DNA of 64,000 nucleotides from assembly GCA_951406725.2 (NCBI GenBank), contig OX597830.1, forward strand, positions 79,484,001 to 79,548,000, read 5' to 3'. The stretch's first letter is position 1. Each line of letters begins with the position of its first letter. The notes beneath the pieces were generated by a model. It did not search any database and had not been told where the DNA came from. It worked only from the letters and a program-made list of their open reading frames with translations. Below are positions 28,791 through 42,465 of the stretch, in pieces. The DNA is from Octopus vulgaris. Its lineage: Eukaryota. The position numbers were made by a program, and so were the translations under genes.

Positions 28791-29650
28791 AGGCAGGCCA
28801 TGCCATGACAGTGTTGAAATGCGATTGACGGAAGGACCAGTTAAGCTGCTCGTGATCCAGTTTGGTCTAGAACTCCATGTGGTCAAGAACTGATGGGGGT
28901 GATGAGCAGGGTGGCCAATTTCATCAAGAAATGGGCAGAGATGGAGTTGTCTATGAAGGGTCAGGTGGAGATGGCGACTACATACTTCACTTCCGTCATC
29001 TACTACAGCCTGACAGTCGTCTCTTGCATCACTTTGTGTCTGATCACATTGGATGCGCTTGCTCTCCTAATTTATGTGCAAGGCATGTGTTCCTCTTGTC
29101 CGATGGTCCATCTTCAGTCAACAGTCATTGAGTGGAGGAGTGGGTATGCAATGACTAATGATGCACAGACATGCACTGAGGCTGCAGACGTTCAGCACTT
29201 TCTTAACGGTCAGTGGGTGTGGTCACCATTTTTCGGGCCGGACTTTCCACAGTTTGTCTCATTGACAGAGCTGCACTCCTAGTTCATGCAAAGGCCAAGA
29301 AAGGACGATTGGCAAATGCTCACAAGTTTGTGCCAGTTAGGCAATGCGGTCGGTAGAAGTTCCACTGTAGACTTCTAAAGGAGATTAGTAGCGGGCAAAA
29401 GCGGCGATGTCCTCAGAGAAATTCTGGACCTCTGGAGGAATCAGCTAGCGACTCTTTCTTGGAGGGCTTTTGGGCTGGGTTCTGTGGAGATCTTCCAGGA
29501 ATTGTTGGCCTGGCAGTTCTACTGGAGATCTGTGCCACTTCAGATACGGAAATGCTGTCAGACAGACGGCTCTGAGGTATGCGGAGGATGATAAAACTGT
29601 CCTGCATGCATTTTTCCAATGTCTATATACTGACAGGTGAGATTTCAGCT
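28790..29650 (+). mobile_element. L1/Tx1-group LINE post-RT fragment
   Basis: KKWAEMELSMKGQVEMATTYFTSVIYYSLTVV corresponds to W....LS..GR.......I.S...Y. GC-richer than flanks; related to 35990-37175. Confidence 0.6.
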
Positions 29651-29842
29651 TAACCATTAGCAATGAAGTAGTATTATGGATGAGCATGAATTTCATGTGA
29701 AATTGGTTGTCCTATCTCAATCCGATGCCCTCACTTGCTGTGAGAAGTTAGTCTCCCTCACAGAGAAATGTGCTTTGTTCATGACTAAAATGTCTTGGAC
29801 TCTTGCTTCAAGCAATGTGGATGCTGCTCTGCACCCTTACTC

Positions 29843-29912
<70 letters not shown>

Positions 29913-30673
29913 CGATAGGAATTAATTTTTTGTGCATACTTTTCTTCCATCTTACTACTCAATGCTCTTTATTTACCTACCACCCTTCTTCATACACACA
30001 CCACCCGCCTCACAGATTTCTACATACTATTCATACACAAACATATCAACAGATATAAACATACATACACACACAGAGAATATACAGGTACACAATAGCC
30101 TTATCTATACATAGAAGCAAGCAAGAAAGTGCACATATATACTCACACACATATACACACACATATGCCAGACTAATTCCAGTTATCCATCATACTGAGA
30201 TAGTTAGATACATGTGTGTTTCAATTTCTCCAATTTACCTTTTCCTTTTTGGTATTTCCATGTCTCTCCTATCTTTCAGAAGATGAGCAAATAATCGAAA
30301 TATTACAGATTATTCCTTCTTACTGCTTTTTTTCCATCATTTACTGAGCATCAAACTTATACCAACTCTGTGTTTTTGTTTTATGCTGCCATTGTGTTGT
30401 AATTTTTATAACCTTTGCACAATTTATAATTATGTGTGTGTGTGTGTGTGTGTGTGTGTATAGACGCATAGAGAATGCAAGAGAGAGGAAAGACTGGTGA
30501 AAATGTTAGTAAAACAAACAATGAATATTTTACAAGCATAAAATTTTAAAAACTTTCAGTAAACAATCTTTAAAATACATATTTTACCTATGTAATTTTA
30601 CTTTTCTTCTCAGGAAAGAGAAATTAAAATCAATTTATTAATGGTTCATTACATGAATTGATAAAATAATAAA

Positions 30674-30719
<46 letters not shown>

Positions 30720-30721
<2 letters not shown>

Positions 30722-31580
30722 CTTACTTGCCACTGAGTTCCGTCTGAAAATACGTTATTTAGTAGACTGTCAATTCTTTTTCTCTTCGATGTAAGCTTGA
30801 CTTCTTTCAATTCTTTTCTTCCTTTAATATAGATTTTAAAATAAACCATCAGTCGATATTCAAAATCAGTGCCTGATGGAACTGAAAGAATTTCTGCTCA
30901 AACAAAACTACTTATAGAAAATGGTATTCAGCAGGCTATGAAAATACCCATACAACAACTGAGGACACCACAAAGAAGAGAAAAACAAGAACAAATCATA
31001 CCATTTATAGTGACACACAATCCATGCCACTAGAACATCTTCAATATCGCTAAAGCAAACCTACCAATCATTGCATAAAGTAAAGAATTAAGAGATATCA
31101 TTACAGATCAAACTATAACTCTCAGCAAGAGACAGCCTAAAAGCTTGAAAAAGTTATTAACTAAGGCAAGGTTTGACCTTAGCAACAAAGATCAACCATT
31201 CACTGTGTCTAAATGCAATGATAGCTGATGTGGTACATGCCAATTAATTCATACTGGCCCATGTATGAACACAAAAACAGGGAAAATATTCTCAAACGTG
31301 AACATGAACTGCAAAAGCAGAAATTTAATCTACTGCATCAAATGCCCAAATTGTGAAGAACTGTACGTTGGCCAGACAGGCAATGCACTATCAGAACGCT
31401 CGCGTATGCATCGACAACAAATTAAAAATCCAGAAGTCCGTCAGATACCACTGAGTAACCATCTGGCAACATGTGGTCGGAAAACATTTAGGATATTTCC
31501 ATTTCATAAACTATACAATCTGAACAAAATCGAGAGAAAACTGAGAGAAAATTAATAAATTCAAACCGAAGCTTAATAAA
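30720..31580 (+). mobile_element. Penelope-like element C-terminal/GIY-YIG fragment (second lineage)
   Basis: IPFIVTHNP; KRQPKSLKKLLTKARF; CNDS*CGTC; CKSRNLIYCIKCPNCEELYVGQTGNALSERSRMHRQQI. Confidence 0.85.
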
Positions 31581-32062
31581 CAAGGATTAAATTAATCTTA
31601 TTTAAGGTTTAAAAATCTTATTCCTATACCTAAAAAATAAAAATCCCTAAAAAGTTCTGCTGCCATCATTTCTAAGAATAAACACTGAAAAATGGTTTGG
31701 CATCATCTCTAAAAATAGCCAAGCAACTACTACTGCTGTCCACAGGAACGTATATAAAGAACAAAAGACAGACAGTCAAGTACAGTTGAAACATTCCTGT
31801 CACAACCTGGGACCTTGAAAACTGCTTAAATGCAAGAAAGTATACTAGTCCCTTAATATTTGATGTTCAGTATTTCATCTATTCATTAAGACAATCAATA
31901 CTTCATTTCATTTTACTATATATACTATTTATACTATATATTCTATATTCTACATTAATATTATAAAGAATATAAGTAAAACTTAAAAAACAGACAGAGT
32001 TGGAATTCCTTTGAATAATATATATAATATATATATATATATATATGTATGTATATGTGTAT

Positions 32063-32645
32063 ATCATCATCATCATCATCATCATCATCTAATGTTCACT
32101 TTCCATGCTGGCATGGGTTAGACGATTTTACTGCAACTGGTAAGCCAGAGATCTGTAGCAGCTTCTTGTTTTATTTGGAATGGTTTCCACAGGTGGATGC
32201 TCTTCCTAATGCTAACCACTCCAAGAGTGTAATGGGTGCGTTTTGCATGTCACTAGGACGGGTGTGATGTACTCGACACCGGTAACGGCCATGACTACGA
32301 TTTTACAGGTGCCATTTACATAACACTGGCAAAGGCCATGACTACTGATTCAGTTGGTTTGATGAGTTTTCTTAAGCACAGCATATCACCATGTTGTAGG
32401 TTGCTTGTCCATGCCTCCCTGAGGCCCATGCTTCATTACTGACTCCTTTATTTCTGTGAGGTTTGACATACGAAGATCATGCTATTGGCAACGGCCACGA
32501 TAACAATTTCATGGGTGCAATTTACATGACACCACCAACGGCCACAACTGGGAATTCCCTTGGCTTGTCGAGTCATCTCAAGCACAGCATATCACCGAAG
32601 GTCTCAGTCACTAGTCATTGCTTCTGCTGAGGCTTCGAAGATCAT
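32063..32645 (-). mobile_element. Diverged RTE-tail retroposon with internal repeats
   Basis: (cat)n followed by ttttccatgctggcatgggtt...ggatgctcttcctaatgctaaccact. Confidence 0.7.
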
Positions 32646-32806
32646 AGATGTGTGTACATGCATAAATATGTATATATGCATGTGTGTGTGTTTGTATGTA
32701 TGTGTGTTTGTGTGAGTGTATATGTGTACACTCACACACACATATACATGCACACATACAGAAATACACATATTGTGGACCATATCTTCCAAAATGACAG
32801 TACAAC

Positions 32807-32834
32807 CGTATCTGATTCTTCAAGAACTTCAAGT
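32807..32834 (-). CDS. Candidate micro-exon (D)LKFLKNQI(R)
   Basis: cattcacag| 28 nt |gttgta (weak donor); phase 1 to 2, in frame after exon 33769. No homology support. Confidence 0.3.
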
Positions 32835-33768
32835 CTGTGAATGTACATTTGTTTATTAGATCCCTTAAATTTTGCAATGGGTTCTCCTATTTTGTTGTTG
32901 TGCCATTTTCGATAATTAATAAAACTGTCTGAATTTTTGGCGACACAGCAATGCTACTTAGATATTATGAAAACCATTTTGAGGGGAAAAAGTGCAATAT
33001 GTTTTGCTGCAAATTGCTTTTTGTAATAACTGATGTCATTAAATGTTGAATATATTAGCAGTTAATTCATAATTATTCCATAATTAATACTTAATATTTT
33101 AACATCTAACTATTATATTTCCATGGTCTTCACAAAGTCTCATAAAACCAGTGAGTTTGATGCTATTACTAAAGAGCAGTAACAGTCACCTTTCCATAAG
33201 CTTCTGTTGTTCCGACTCTAGACCCCATCTTATCTCTAGTTTGTATATCATTTAAATGACAATTTCTTCTGGAAAATATTCATTGGGTTAACAATTTCAG
33301 AAGTATACTCCTTTTACTATTTAGTGCCTATTTACAGTAATATAGAAAAGGGGAATTTGTGAGTTAAATGTCTTCATCACAGACAAAGTACAATGCTAAT
33401 GATAACATACCATTCCCTCACATTCCAGAAACTTCTCCAGAAAATTTATTAATACAGCCAAATGATTTCTTATTGATGAAGCTCAATTAAGCTTCAACAT
33501 TCCAAGATTAACATCCAAAAACTTGGTGAAAGATATAAAAATAATAACATTAGTCATTAACTATTATTCTTTCCTTGTACATTTCACCCTAATTTAGATT
33601 TTTAATATTTTATGCTAAAAATAGCTCTTAACTTTTTGGCATGTCTAATAATTGGTTTAATTAATAATAATTAATCTAAGTTAGGAACATATTCAATGAA
33701 AGTCAAACTCACTGGAAAATGGGAAAAAGAAAAAAGAACGAAAATTCAATTTTAAAATTATTTCTTAC

Positions 33769-33941
33769 CTTTGAACACAGCTTTCATGATTGCGATATCA
33801 AAGTCTTCTGGTGATTGTATATTACATACAGTTATCAAATCTAGATATCTCATGGAATCAATCACACAATCAACCAAGTCATGTACATCATTTGCTCCCC
33901 CTTGTTTTTCAATATCAGCTTTCAGTTGCCTTAGTATTGAT
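33769..33941 (-). CDS. TRPM: TRPM exon: SILRQLKADIEKQGGANDVHDLVDCVIDSMRYLDLITVCNIQSPEDFDIAIMKAVFK
   Basis: ttttttcctag| ... |gtaaga; 173 nt, phase 2 to 1. Matches LITVF.......D.AIL.ALLK at the end of MHR2. Confidence 0.9.
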
Positions 33942-34940
33942 CTAGGAAAAAAGCTGTTTAAAAAAATATTATATAAAACTTGTAATGGTGATTCAAGGAA
34001 AATTACATTTAGAGAATAATATAAGGTCTACACTGATGTCACTAGCAAGATATGTTAACTAGAATTAATGTTAGCCTGGTTACTCTGTTAGTGACACAGA
34101 TGATGAATGATGTTAGCTGATGGACGTTCCTCTTGATGGAATGGAGCTTGATTAAAGGAGGAAGAGCACAACACATAATCTTTACAGGATATCGAAGATT
34201 GGTGAGGGAAATTCTTGGATAAACCCCAACTCATGGGTTGTTGTTAATCAATTCTTGGATCCTGTAAATAGTTAACTTGAAAGTTATAGTGTGGGTAGGC
34301 CTGACAAGAAATAGAAGTTATCTCTACAGATGTTATTCAGAGTATTTCTGTCATATATGGTGGTAGGCCTCTTTTGGAGAACCATTTAGCATCAATCTGT
34401 TAGTAAATAGTGATGCCATGAATTGAAAATGCTGTGAATCAAGACATCATTTTATTTCCACACTTGATAATCTGGCCTGAATGCTTGCAATGTTGAGGAT
34501 TCTGTTAAAGTTTGTGAAGGACCAAGTGGTCCTGTTGAACCACCACCAGGTACTTCAGTGTTTGAATTAAGTTAACAACCAGAGACAGTGGGCCCAGAAT
34601 TGGTTAAACCCATACCAGATTAATTCATATTAACCAGTTCTATCAATATGCTTTAGTGTTGTTTCATAAGGGTAAGTCATGATACTGCTTGATCTGATCC
34701 CTTAAATTGGATAGAAAAAGAAATAGAGAAGAAATCCAAACACCTCCAGGCATGTCCTCAACTTTATCCACTATCATTCCCCAGCAAATATGGAGCCTTG
34801 ATTATTAGCAGTGTCATGTCATACTGCCTTAAATTTGAGTATTGTGTAACAGAAATCTGATGAGTCATCAGTTTCAGTCAAAGCTATGAATATCCTCAAA
34901 GCTATGAATACCAGCTCTAAAATCAAACTATCAACTGTAG

Positions 34941-35195
34941 TATTAGGTTGGTGCATAATTATTGCGGCTTTTTTCAATGAATTTTATTCAACAAAAACAA
35001 TAACAACATTTAACAAAAACATCTTTAAAGGATTATTCCGGAGCATATTCACCATCTACTTCAATTACTGCTTCCCATTTGCTTGGCAGCCGGTCAGAAT
35101 AATCATTTAAAGATGTTATTTGTTAAATGTTTTTATTGTTTTTGTTAAATAAAATTTATTGAAAAAAAGCCACAATAATAATGCACCAACCTAAT
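34941..35195. mobile_element. Mariner-type MITE with ~95-bp TIRs and TA termini
   Basis: tattaggttggtgcataattattgcggc... / ...gccacaataataatgcaccaacctaata; resembles Hsmar1/MADE1-type TIRs. Confidence 0.88.
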
Positions 35196-35512
35196 AATAG
35201 GTGAGTTGCAAGCCAATGTGGGAGCAAATTACCTTGTCACTCAACCTATCAAAAATATAAGTTATATCCCTCTCTAATCACACCCCTTCAGCTTAAATGG
35301 AGACAGATACTGCAGGATAAGGTTGTGTTGTTAAATACACAAGATAGTAAAGGCTGGATTACTTATATTCAGGGTTTCTTTTTATGAGGACTAATACGTG
35401 CCAAAAGACCACATTTTAATAACAACAGAAACAGAAAAAACAACAGCAATAACAAAATTATCATTCCATCCAAATGAACAAAATTATCATTCTATCCAAA
35501 TTAAGAACAAAC

Positions 35513-35598
35513 CTTTCAGTTATGTCTTTGCCCTCTTCATCTTTCTTGAGTAGTGCTTCATAAACATCTGCCATAATGTCTGCTGCTTTACCAGAACC
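35513..35598 (-). CDS. TRPM: TRPM exon: GSGKAADIMADVYEALLKKDEEGKDITE(R)
   Basis: taacag| ... |gtttgt; 86 nt, phase 0 to 2. GSG.AAD motif. Confidence 0.9.
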
Positions 35599-35989
35599 CT
35601 GTTAATTAAAAGGAAAAATTTAAAGAATTCCTTAAAATTAAATCTTGGATTTAATTTAGTAATTTAGTATTGAACAAATATTTTGAGAAATTCTAAACAA
35701 TACACACATACAACCAATAAAGATGTCTCCTTTATGAATTTAATGTGAACTTAGCTGTAACGCATCCAGGGATGATATACAGTGACACCATCAGGCCTAG
35801 GTTGTGGAAACAAGAGTAAAATAGATAGAGTCAACTGTTGTTTTTGGTATGAGATGGAACTAAATTGTTCTAGAAACAATTCTTTAGAGATGATATGTGA
35901 CAATATAAAGTAAATTTATCGACAAAGAAACACAATAAATGTCAGTAGTAGAATATAAAATAAAGATATCGACAAAGGAAGAATTGGTG

Positions 35990-37175
35990 TGAGGTGACAA
36001 GCAGGGTGATCCATCGAACTCAGACCTGGTCTGAGCGGTGGGTATCACTGAAAGGAAGGGCGGAAGTTGCAAGAGTGTTTATCACCCTTGGGATTACCTA
36101 CCGCCTAACCGTCGTGCCGTGCCCCCATTCGAGGCTGCTTTTCCACTTTTTGTGGGAGGGTAGAAGTCCTCTTGTAAAGCGCTCTGCCTGCTGCCAGTAC
36201 CTGCTAAATTGTGGGCTAGGTCTTAGCTATTGATGCGCAGACATGCACTATGACATCTGTGGCTCTACCTTGATGGTGAACAAGCGCGGTCTTCATTCAT
36301 TCGGTCGTTACTTCCTGAGCTTACTAGTTTGAGTGAACTAGGGCCTTGGATTAAGTGGGGTGCATGGCAAGCGGAGTGTCGTGAGACACTCAAGCTTCTC
36401 TGTCACACGACCAATGCCAGTGTCGGGAATTCCACCTCATCTCTCTATAGAGGGTTGGTAGAGGATCAGTGTGACGACATCCTGGACAAGACTCTAGGCT
36501 TTGATAATGGTCAACTAGCCGGCCTGTTCCGAAGGACAATTGGGTCAGGACCCTGGGTAACTTCCAAGGATCCCTGGCCTGGCATGGCAGTTACCGAGGA
36601 GCCTTACCATTTCCTGATAAATACGCAAGATATGATGTCCCTCGTTCACCCATGTGACCAAGATGCGAGCAGGACATGGAAACCATTCTGCATGCAATTG
36701 TGCAACGCCCCAAAATTTCCGAAATATGGGTTTACGTTGAACACCTGCTGTGAAGGCTGAGAAGAGTACAACTGTCTTCCTAATCGATTGTAAAGAATGT
36801 TCGTCCTTCATCTTTTAAAACAAGGTAAGGTTTGTTTTCTCACTGTGGTCACTATAGCGAAAGAAGTGGTATGGAAGACCCACGTGAAAGGAATCATGAC
36901 TGGCATCTTCCTCGCCAGCCCTGGACTGGTTAATGTCCTCATTTACCACCTGTTTGTTGAGAAGGAGTTTGTTGGGAAGGAATGAATCCGCATAGTATAT
37001 CTATAAGGTTATACGAAAGGTTACAGTGGTGGCATAGGGCTTGCGGGGTCGAAACGAAATCTTTAACTTAAATTTTTAACTACTAAAATTTTTTGAAAAA
37101 ACATTCGTTTTATCGACCCCTCTGTCATTTGTATCGTCCCCTCTATGTTTGGCCCCCTGTGGGCAATAAAGAAAA
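35990..37175 (+). mobile_element. L1/Tx1-group LINE 3' fragment
   Basis: TWSERWVSLKGRAEVARVFITLGITYRLTVVPCP..LLFHFLWEG; IAKEVVWKT; 3' end with aataaa. Confidence 0.65.
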
Positions 37176-38275
37176 TGTTACAATCAACTGAAATGGAATT
37201 GTCAAAACGCGATATTCAAGCAAGTTTGTTATTCATCATAAAAAAAAGACGTAAAGCAGCTGAAACTGTTCACGATGACAACGAAACATTTGGTGAAGAA
37301 ATGACAAATATAGAGGTCAGCTTGAAAAGGGTTTAAACGATCTCGCAGTGGAAATCTGAGCCTTGAAAATCGTGAGCATAGTGGACGCCCATCTGTCATC
37401 GATAACACTCAATTAATGAGAAGAAAGATACGTAAAACCACTCGAGAACTGGCAAAAGAACTTCAAGTTAGCCAGAAAACTACCAGCAACCATTTGCATA
37501 CGATTGGAAAATCAATGAAGTTCAGCAAATGGGTGCGACACAATTTTAATGAAAATCAGAAAATGCACAGCTATTGAATTTGTTTGTCGCTTCTTCTCCG
37601 TAACCAAACGGCTTCATTTTTGACCATTTGTTAACTTGCGATGAAAAGTGGATTCTGTACAATAATAAAAAACGTTCTTCGCAGTGACTGGACTAAAATA
37701 GAGCACTGAAAGCCTTCCCTAAACCCAAGCTCTTCAAAAAGATGGCAATGGTGATTGTTTGGTGGTGTACTGCTGGACTCATCCACCATAACTTCCTCAA
37801 ACCTAGAAAAACTATTACTGCAGAAACATATTGCCATGAAATTTCCAAAATGAATGAAAAACTGCTACTCATCCATCCCAGACTGGTCAGCAGAAGAGGG
37901 CCAGTCATTCTTCATGGCAATGATCGATCAGACTTTTCACTAATGATGCTCCAGAAGTTAAGGAAACATGGCTACAAAGTTCTTCCCCAGCCAGCTTATT
38001 CCCCAGACCTTTCTTCAACCGACTGCCACTTTTTCAAAAACCTTGATGATTTCATACGAAAGAAGGAGTTCCAAAATCAAACCGATGTTGTAAATGCTTT
38101 CAAAGAGTTCATCATCTCTAAATTTTTTTATGTTATCAGAATAAATAAACTTGTAAGTCATTGATTGGTAAAATGTGTTGATTGTAATGGTACTTAAATT
38201 TCCCCGTTGTTGAACTATATTGTCCTGAATTTCATGTTTCAAAGCGTTGCTTACTTTTTATTCAGCTTGATATAT
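37176..38275 (+). mobile_element. Mariner (DD34D) transposon remnant with 3' TIR
   Basis: SGRPS, KWVRH, LTCDEKWILYNN, ILHGND, YSPDLSSTDCHFF; TIR ...gttgcttactttttattcagcttga-TA. Confidence 0.9.
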
Positions 38276-38411
38276 ATATAAAATTCTGCACCAACAAAAT
38301 ACATAGTTCTTCCGTTTATTTTTCCTAACCACAAACGTCTTTAGATATGTAAACATTATAAATGGAATAAACTTTCAGTAACCTTATTTAGATAATAGTC
38401 TATTTACTGAC

Positions 38412-38514
38412 CTTTACTATTATAACAGAGATGTTGCGAGATAGTGAATCATAGGCTGACTTCAGAGTTTCAAGTTCCCTCCAACCATTACTGCAACAGC
38501 TGGAATCGTGGTTT
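38412..38514 (-). CDS. TRPM: TRPM exon with apparent 1-bp deletion: (K)TTIPAVAVMVGG/ELETLKSAYDSLSRNISVIIVK
   Basis: tttcccgacag| ... |gtcagt; 103 nt where 104 are needed to keep phase. Matches IP.V.VV.EGG..TL......P.VVV.GSG. The frame changes at GGA GGG AAC. Confidence 0.85.
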
Positions 38515-38559
38515 CTGTCGGGAAAGTATATACAGAAAAATATAACTCAATTAATATAC

Positions 38560-38800
38560 AAAATATATCTGGTTAATTTATAAAATAAACCTGATTAGGG
38601 TAAAACATACACCCGATTACTGAATGAAAAACATACGTGATTTGATTAAAAATATATACCTTTTAAACATGAAGTATAACATGATCAAGGTGTAATGAAT
38701 ACTTGATTAAGGTACACAACATCTCTGATTCAGATATAAAGTATAACTTGATTTAGGTGTAAAATATTATGAAATATATTTGACTAATGTATAAAGTATA
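38560..38800. repeat. Degenerate ~28-30-bp minisatellite
   Basis: Recurring tataac(t/a)tgatt(a/c)aggt-like units. Confidence 0.55.
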
Positions 38801-38864
38801 ACTAGACTAAACTATAAATTTTAACAGCAGGTTTTAGAAAACATAAATTAGTATCATAATCACC

Positions 38865-39240
38865 ATCATCAACATCATCGTCGTCTATACCAACATCATT
38901 TAATGTCCTCCCTCCATGCTGGTATGGGTTGGATGGTTTGAGAGGAACTGCAAGCCAGAAGACCATGCCAAGCTCTACTATTTGCTTTGGCATGGTTTAT
39001 ACTGCTGAATGCTCTTAATACCAACCACTTTACAGAGTTTACTGGATGCTTTTTATGTGGCCCCAACACCAGAGAGGTGACCGAGTAACTTGAAAAGAAG
39101 ACACTTCAACTGAGGGGGAGTGATTGATATTGAGTGAGGTGGCTTTGTGCCAGGTGATAAGTTAGAGTATGAATAAAGAACCAGAAACAGGTATGTTGCA
39201 GAAGAGGAGATATATGGCTACCCCTGGTGGAAACAGAGAG
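38865..39240 (-). mobile_element. Diverged RTE-tail/SINE-like element
   Basis: catcatttaatgtcc..ccatgctggtatgggttggatgg..accactttacagag. Confidence 0.6.
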
Positions 39241-39787
39241 GAGAAGTGGGTGAGGATGTGTTGGGGTATTTCCTCAAATTACAGGGAGGTGTATATATGG
39301 GAAGTGGTACGGAGGACTGGACAGGGTGAGTAGGTAGGTGTGTGAGAGTGTGAAAGGTGAGTAGAAGATGGAGAGGCAGGAAATACAGTGGGAGGTGAAC
39401 ATGGATAGAGAGAGAGTGGGGTATAGGAAGATATTTTGCAGGGGAGAGATTCATCAGGGACACAGATCATATGCAGAGGTATATACATAAACAACATCAC
39501 TTTAAGGCCTCAATTTTATCCCAATTTCACCCAGATGGACTGATCTTCTCAACCCCATATTACCAAACATTTCAGTTTTTTTGCCAATCTCCTCTGTGAA
39601 ACTCATTATCTCTGAAGGTCATTTTCCCGTCTTTTGTCACACGTCTTTACTTCCTTTTCCTCAGGTTCCGTTCACATTTGTATAAATACGTATTTTTTGC
39701 AAATACACACATGACAACATTAATTTATCCCTGAATTAAATTAATTTATCTCGTATATTACTCAATCTACAGTTAATCTATCTCTTC

Positions 39788-40855
39788 TGTTGTTGAAGGT
39801 TTCCAACCATCTCCATGTGACTAAAAGTAGACTGACACATTTCTATTAAATAGACAACTGATGAGTTCATAGAAGCAAGTCACTGTAAGCTGTTGATTGA
39901 GAGCGTCGAGCCTCGTGAATAGTAATCGAATTGCGTCATGTAAATATTTCTTTCCCCCTGCCTCATTAAATTATATATTCAAAGCCAGGAAATAAAAGTG
40001 ACGACGAGTTGTTCGAAGCTTGCTTTGGATGCTTAAAATTTTTTATGGTACAAAACCAAAGAAAAAATCGTTTTAGCATGGAAGACTTATTGACCTCTAT
40101 GTTGCAGTTGCAACAGCAACAACAGTAACTAAACAGCAACAACAACAAAACCAACAGCTGCTGGAATTAATGTTGAAGAAGTCTGAAAATACTTGAGGTT
40201 TGTACACGCCAGACAGTGTAGCAAACACAAATGAAGAATTCAGTTACAAACCAGGATAAATGATTGCTTTCTCTGCATGTTTTCGAAGATATGAAGAAAT
40301 CTTCAAAGAAGAATGTAAAAATTGGATTGATGAAAAAAGTATGACTACTTTTAAGAAAGTTATCCCCTGCCGAAATGAAAAATATAGTAATTATATTCTG
40401 TCAGAGAAGCCAAGTGAGATTTGTTCCGATGAAACAATTTTTTATCAAAAAGTTTCACCGAAAGAAGTCCCCTGTTCAGTACTCGCTGGCAATGTTTGAA
40501 TTTTATCATAAAAGATGATTTCGTCATCTATTCTGGAGTTGTTAACAGAGTGTATGAAAAATTCAGCCTAAAGGAATTAACTCCGGATATGTTCAAATGT
40601 CTAAATTTTGTTCAAGGATTTACTGCAAGCAAACATGCAGATATACGTTCAGATATTAACGAAATTGGAATAGGACCAAATATTAACTCAACAGGCAGTA
40701 GCAGAAGAATGCCACAGGATTATAAATCTAAGACATGATGCAGATAAAATTGAAGAAAAAGATTACTTCTCTTATTCTTGCGTGTCAACCAGTAATGGAT
40801 AAGAAAATGGAGAAAAAATGTCAAGACCTCTATGGTGCAGTTGCAACAGCAACTA
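39788..40855 (+). mobile_element. Ty3/Gypsy 5' part: LTR-like segment, PBS-like site and degenerate gag
   Basis: TGT start, aagtgacgacgag PBS-like site, MEDLLTSMLQLQQQQQ..., FSACFRRYEEIF, LTPDMFKCLNFVQG. Related to the 27.4-kb fragment. Confidence 0.7.
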
Positions 40856-40859
40856 AAAC

Positions 40860-41850
40860 CTATAGATATGGTAATGAAAGCTGCGTAGGCTTGAAAGAAA
40901 TGCAGTTAGCATGATCTGCTGGATGTGTAATGTCAGTGTGCATACACGACAGAGTGAAAGTTTCCTGCAAGAGGAGTTGGACATAAGAAGCATCAGATGT
41001 GGTGTGCAAGAGGGATGACTGCGCTGGTATGGTCATGTGTTGCATATGGACGAGGACAGCTGTGTGAAGAAGTGTCACAGCCTAACAGTGGAAGGAACCT
41101 GTGGAAGAAGTAGACCCAGGAAGACATGGGATGAGTTGGCGAAGCATGACCTTCGAACGTTGGGGCTCACAGGCAATGACAAGAGACCGAGACCTTTGGA
41201 TATATGATATGCTTGAGAAGATCCGGCAAGTAAAGTGAGATTGAAGCCATGGCAGATGCCACTGTTGCATAACCGGGCCATTTAAAAGTACCCTTGGATC
41301 GTCGGGCGATATGATGCGCTTGAGAAGACCTGTTGAGTCAAGTGAAGTCGAAATCGTAGTCGTAGCCAGTGCCACCTGACTGAGACCTGTACTGGTGGTA
41401 CGTAATAAACACCATTCGAGCGTGGGTCGATGCTAGTGCCGTCTGACTGGCTCCTTGCGCCGTTGGCACGTAAAAAGCACCATGCGAACGCGGTCTATGC
41501 CAATGCCTCCTGACTGGCTCCCGTGCCGATGGCACATAAAAGGTGCCATCCGAATGTGGTCGATGCCAGTGCCCCTTGACTGGTTCCCATGCCAGTGGCA
41601 CGTAAAAAGCACTATCTGAACGTGTTCGATTCCAATGTCCCTGACTGGCTCCCGTATCGGTGACATGCAAAAATCACCCACTATCCTTTCGGCGTGGTAG
41701 GTGTTAGGAAGGGCATCCAGCTGTAGAAAGCTTGCCAGATCAGATTGGAGCCTGGTGCAGCCTACTGGCTTGCCAGTCCTCAGTCAAACCATCCAACACA
41801 TGCCAGCATGGAAAGCGAACGTTAAGCGATCATGATAATGATGATGAGGA
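40860..41850 (+). mobile_element. RTE LINE 3' end with ~61-bp tandem repeats and (GAT)n tail
   Basis: LRWYGHVLHMDEDSCVKKCHSLTVEGTCGRSRPRKTWDE; repeats tggcacgtaaaaagcac at ~41390-41680. Confidence 0.88.
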
Positions 41851-42229
41851 TGATAACTAAACATGTAATTAATATCACCAATACTAAACTCGATAAAGTT
41901 AGAGATGGTACGTTGCCCTTAATTAGAACACCCGGTTGCTAAGGCTAAACTAGCGAGACTGATGAACAAGGAGCAAGTGTGGCATGCGTTTAATATGATT
42001 TCATAATTATTAGTTTACTATCAGTAATGCCTAATACCAGTATAGGTGAGTAATAAGTTTAGGCAATTTGAAAGCAGTTCCAGTGTGCTTTGTTCACTAA
42101 AACAGGTACGGATTTGAAAATTTTAAATCGATTTTCGATTTACTTCGAACAAGAGAATAGCGCTTGCAATATGTTAATTCTTTTACACTGAATAAGATAC
42201 AACAAAAATGAGTGTTATATAATGAAGAT

Positions 42230-42465
42230 TACTTCTACCTTTTTTTTATCTTTTTGTTTTTTAATCTTGCCTCTAAATATGAAGTGGGATATGATAGCCA
42301 GTAGGGACCTGCATTGACATGTTCACTCTACTATTAAATAGATTACGAAAAGCTGAAATAAATTGGTATTGGGTATCTAATATATTGATTTCCTGTGCGG
42401 TTGCGACACACCCACGCCCTGCTGGCGACACAATAATGTGTCGCGACACAGTTTGAGTAACACTG
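42230..42465 (+). mobile_element. hAT (Charlie-like) transposon 3' terminus
   Basis: ggcgacacaataatgtgtcgcgacacagtttgagtaacactg, i.e. a reverse CAGTG... TIR with subterminal palindromes. Confidence 0.6.

Noticed and set aside
31210-31245. In-frame TGA in the Penelope CNDS*CGTC motif as selenocysteine
   Set aside because: This position is normally Arg (CxxxRCxxC), so CGA>TGA decay explains it; the copy also has TAG and TAA stops.
33411-33521. Next TRPM exon (AG…GTATGT-bounded, 111 nt)
   Set aside because: Stops in all three frames and no QLxLAL.WNR.DIA motif.
41340-41700. CRISPR-like array of ~60-bp periodic units (also at 4100-4330 and 19200-19350)
   Set aside because: The whole unit is repeated with no unique spacers, it lies in an RTE 3' UTR in eukaryotic DNA, and there are no cas genes.
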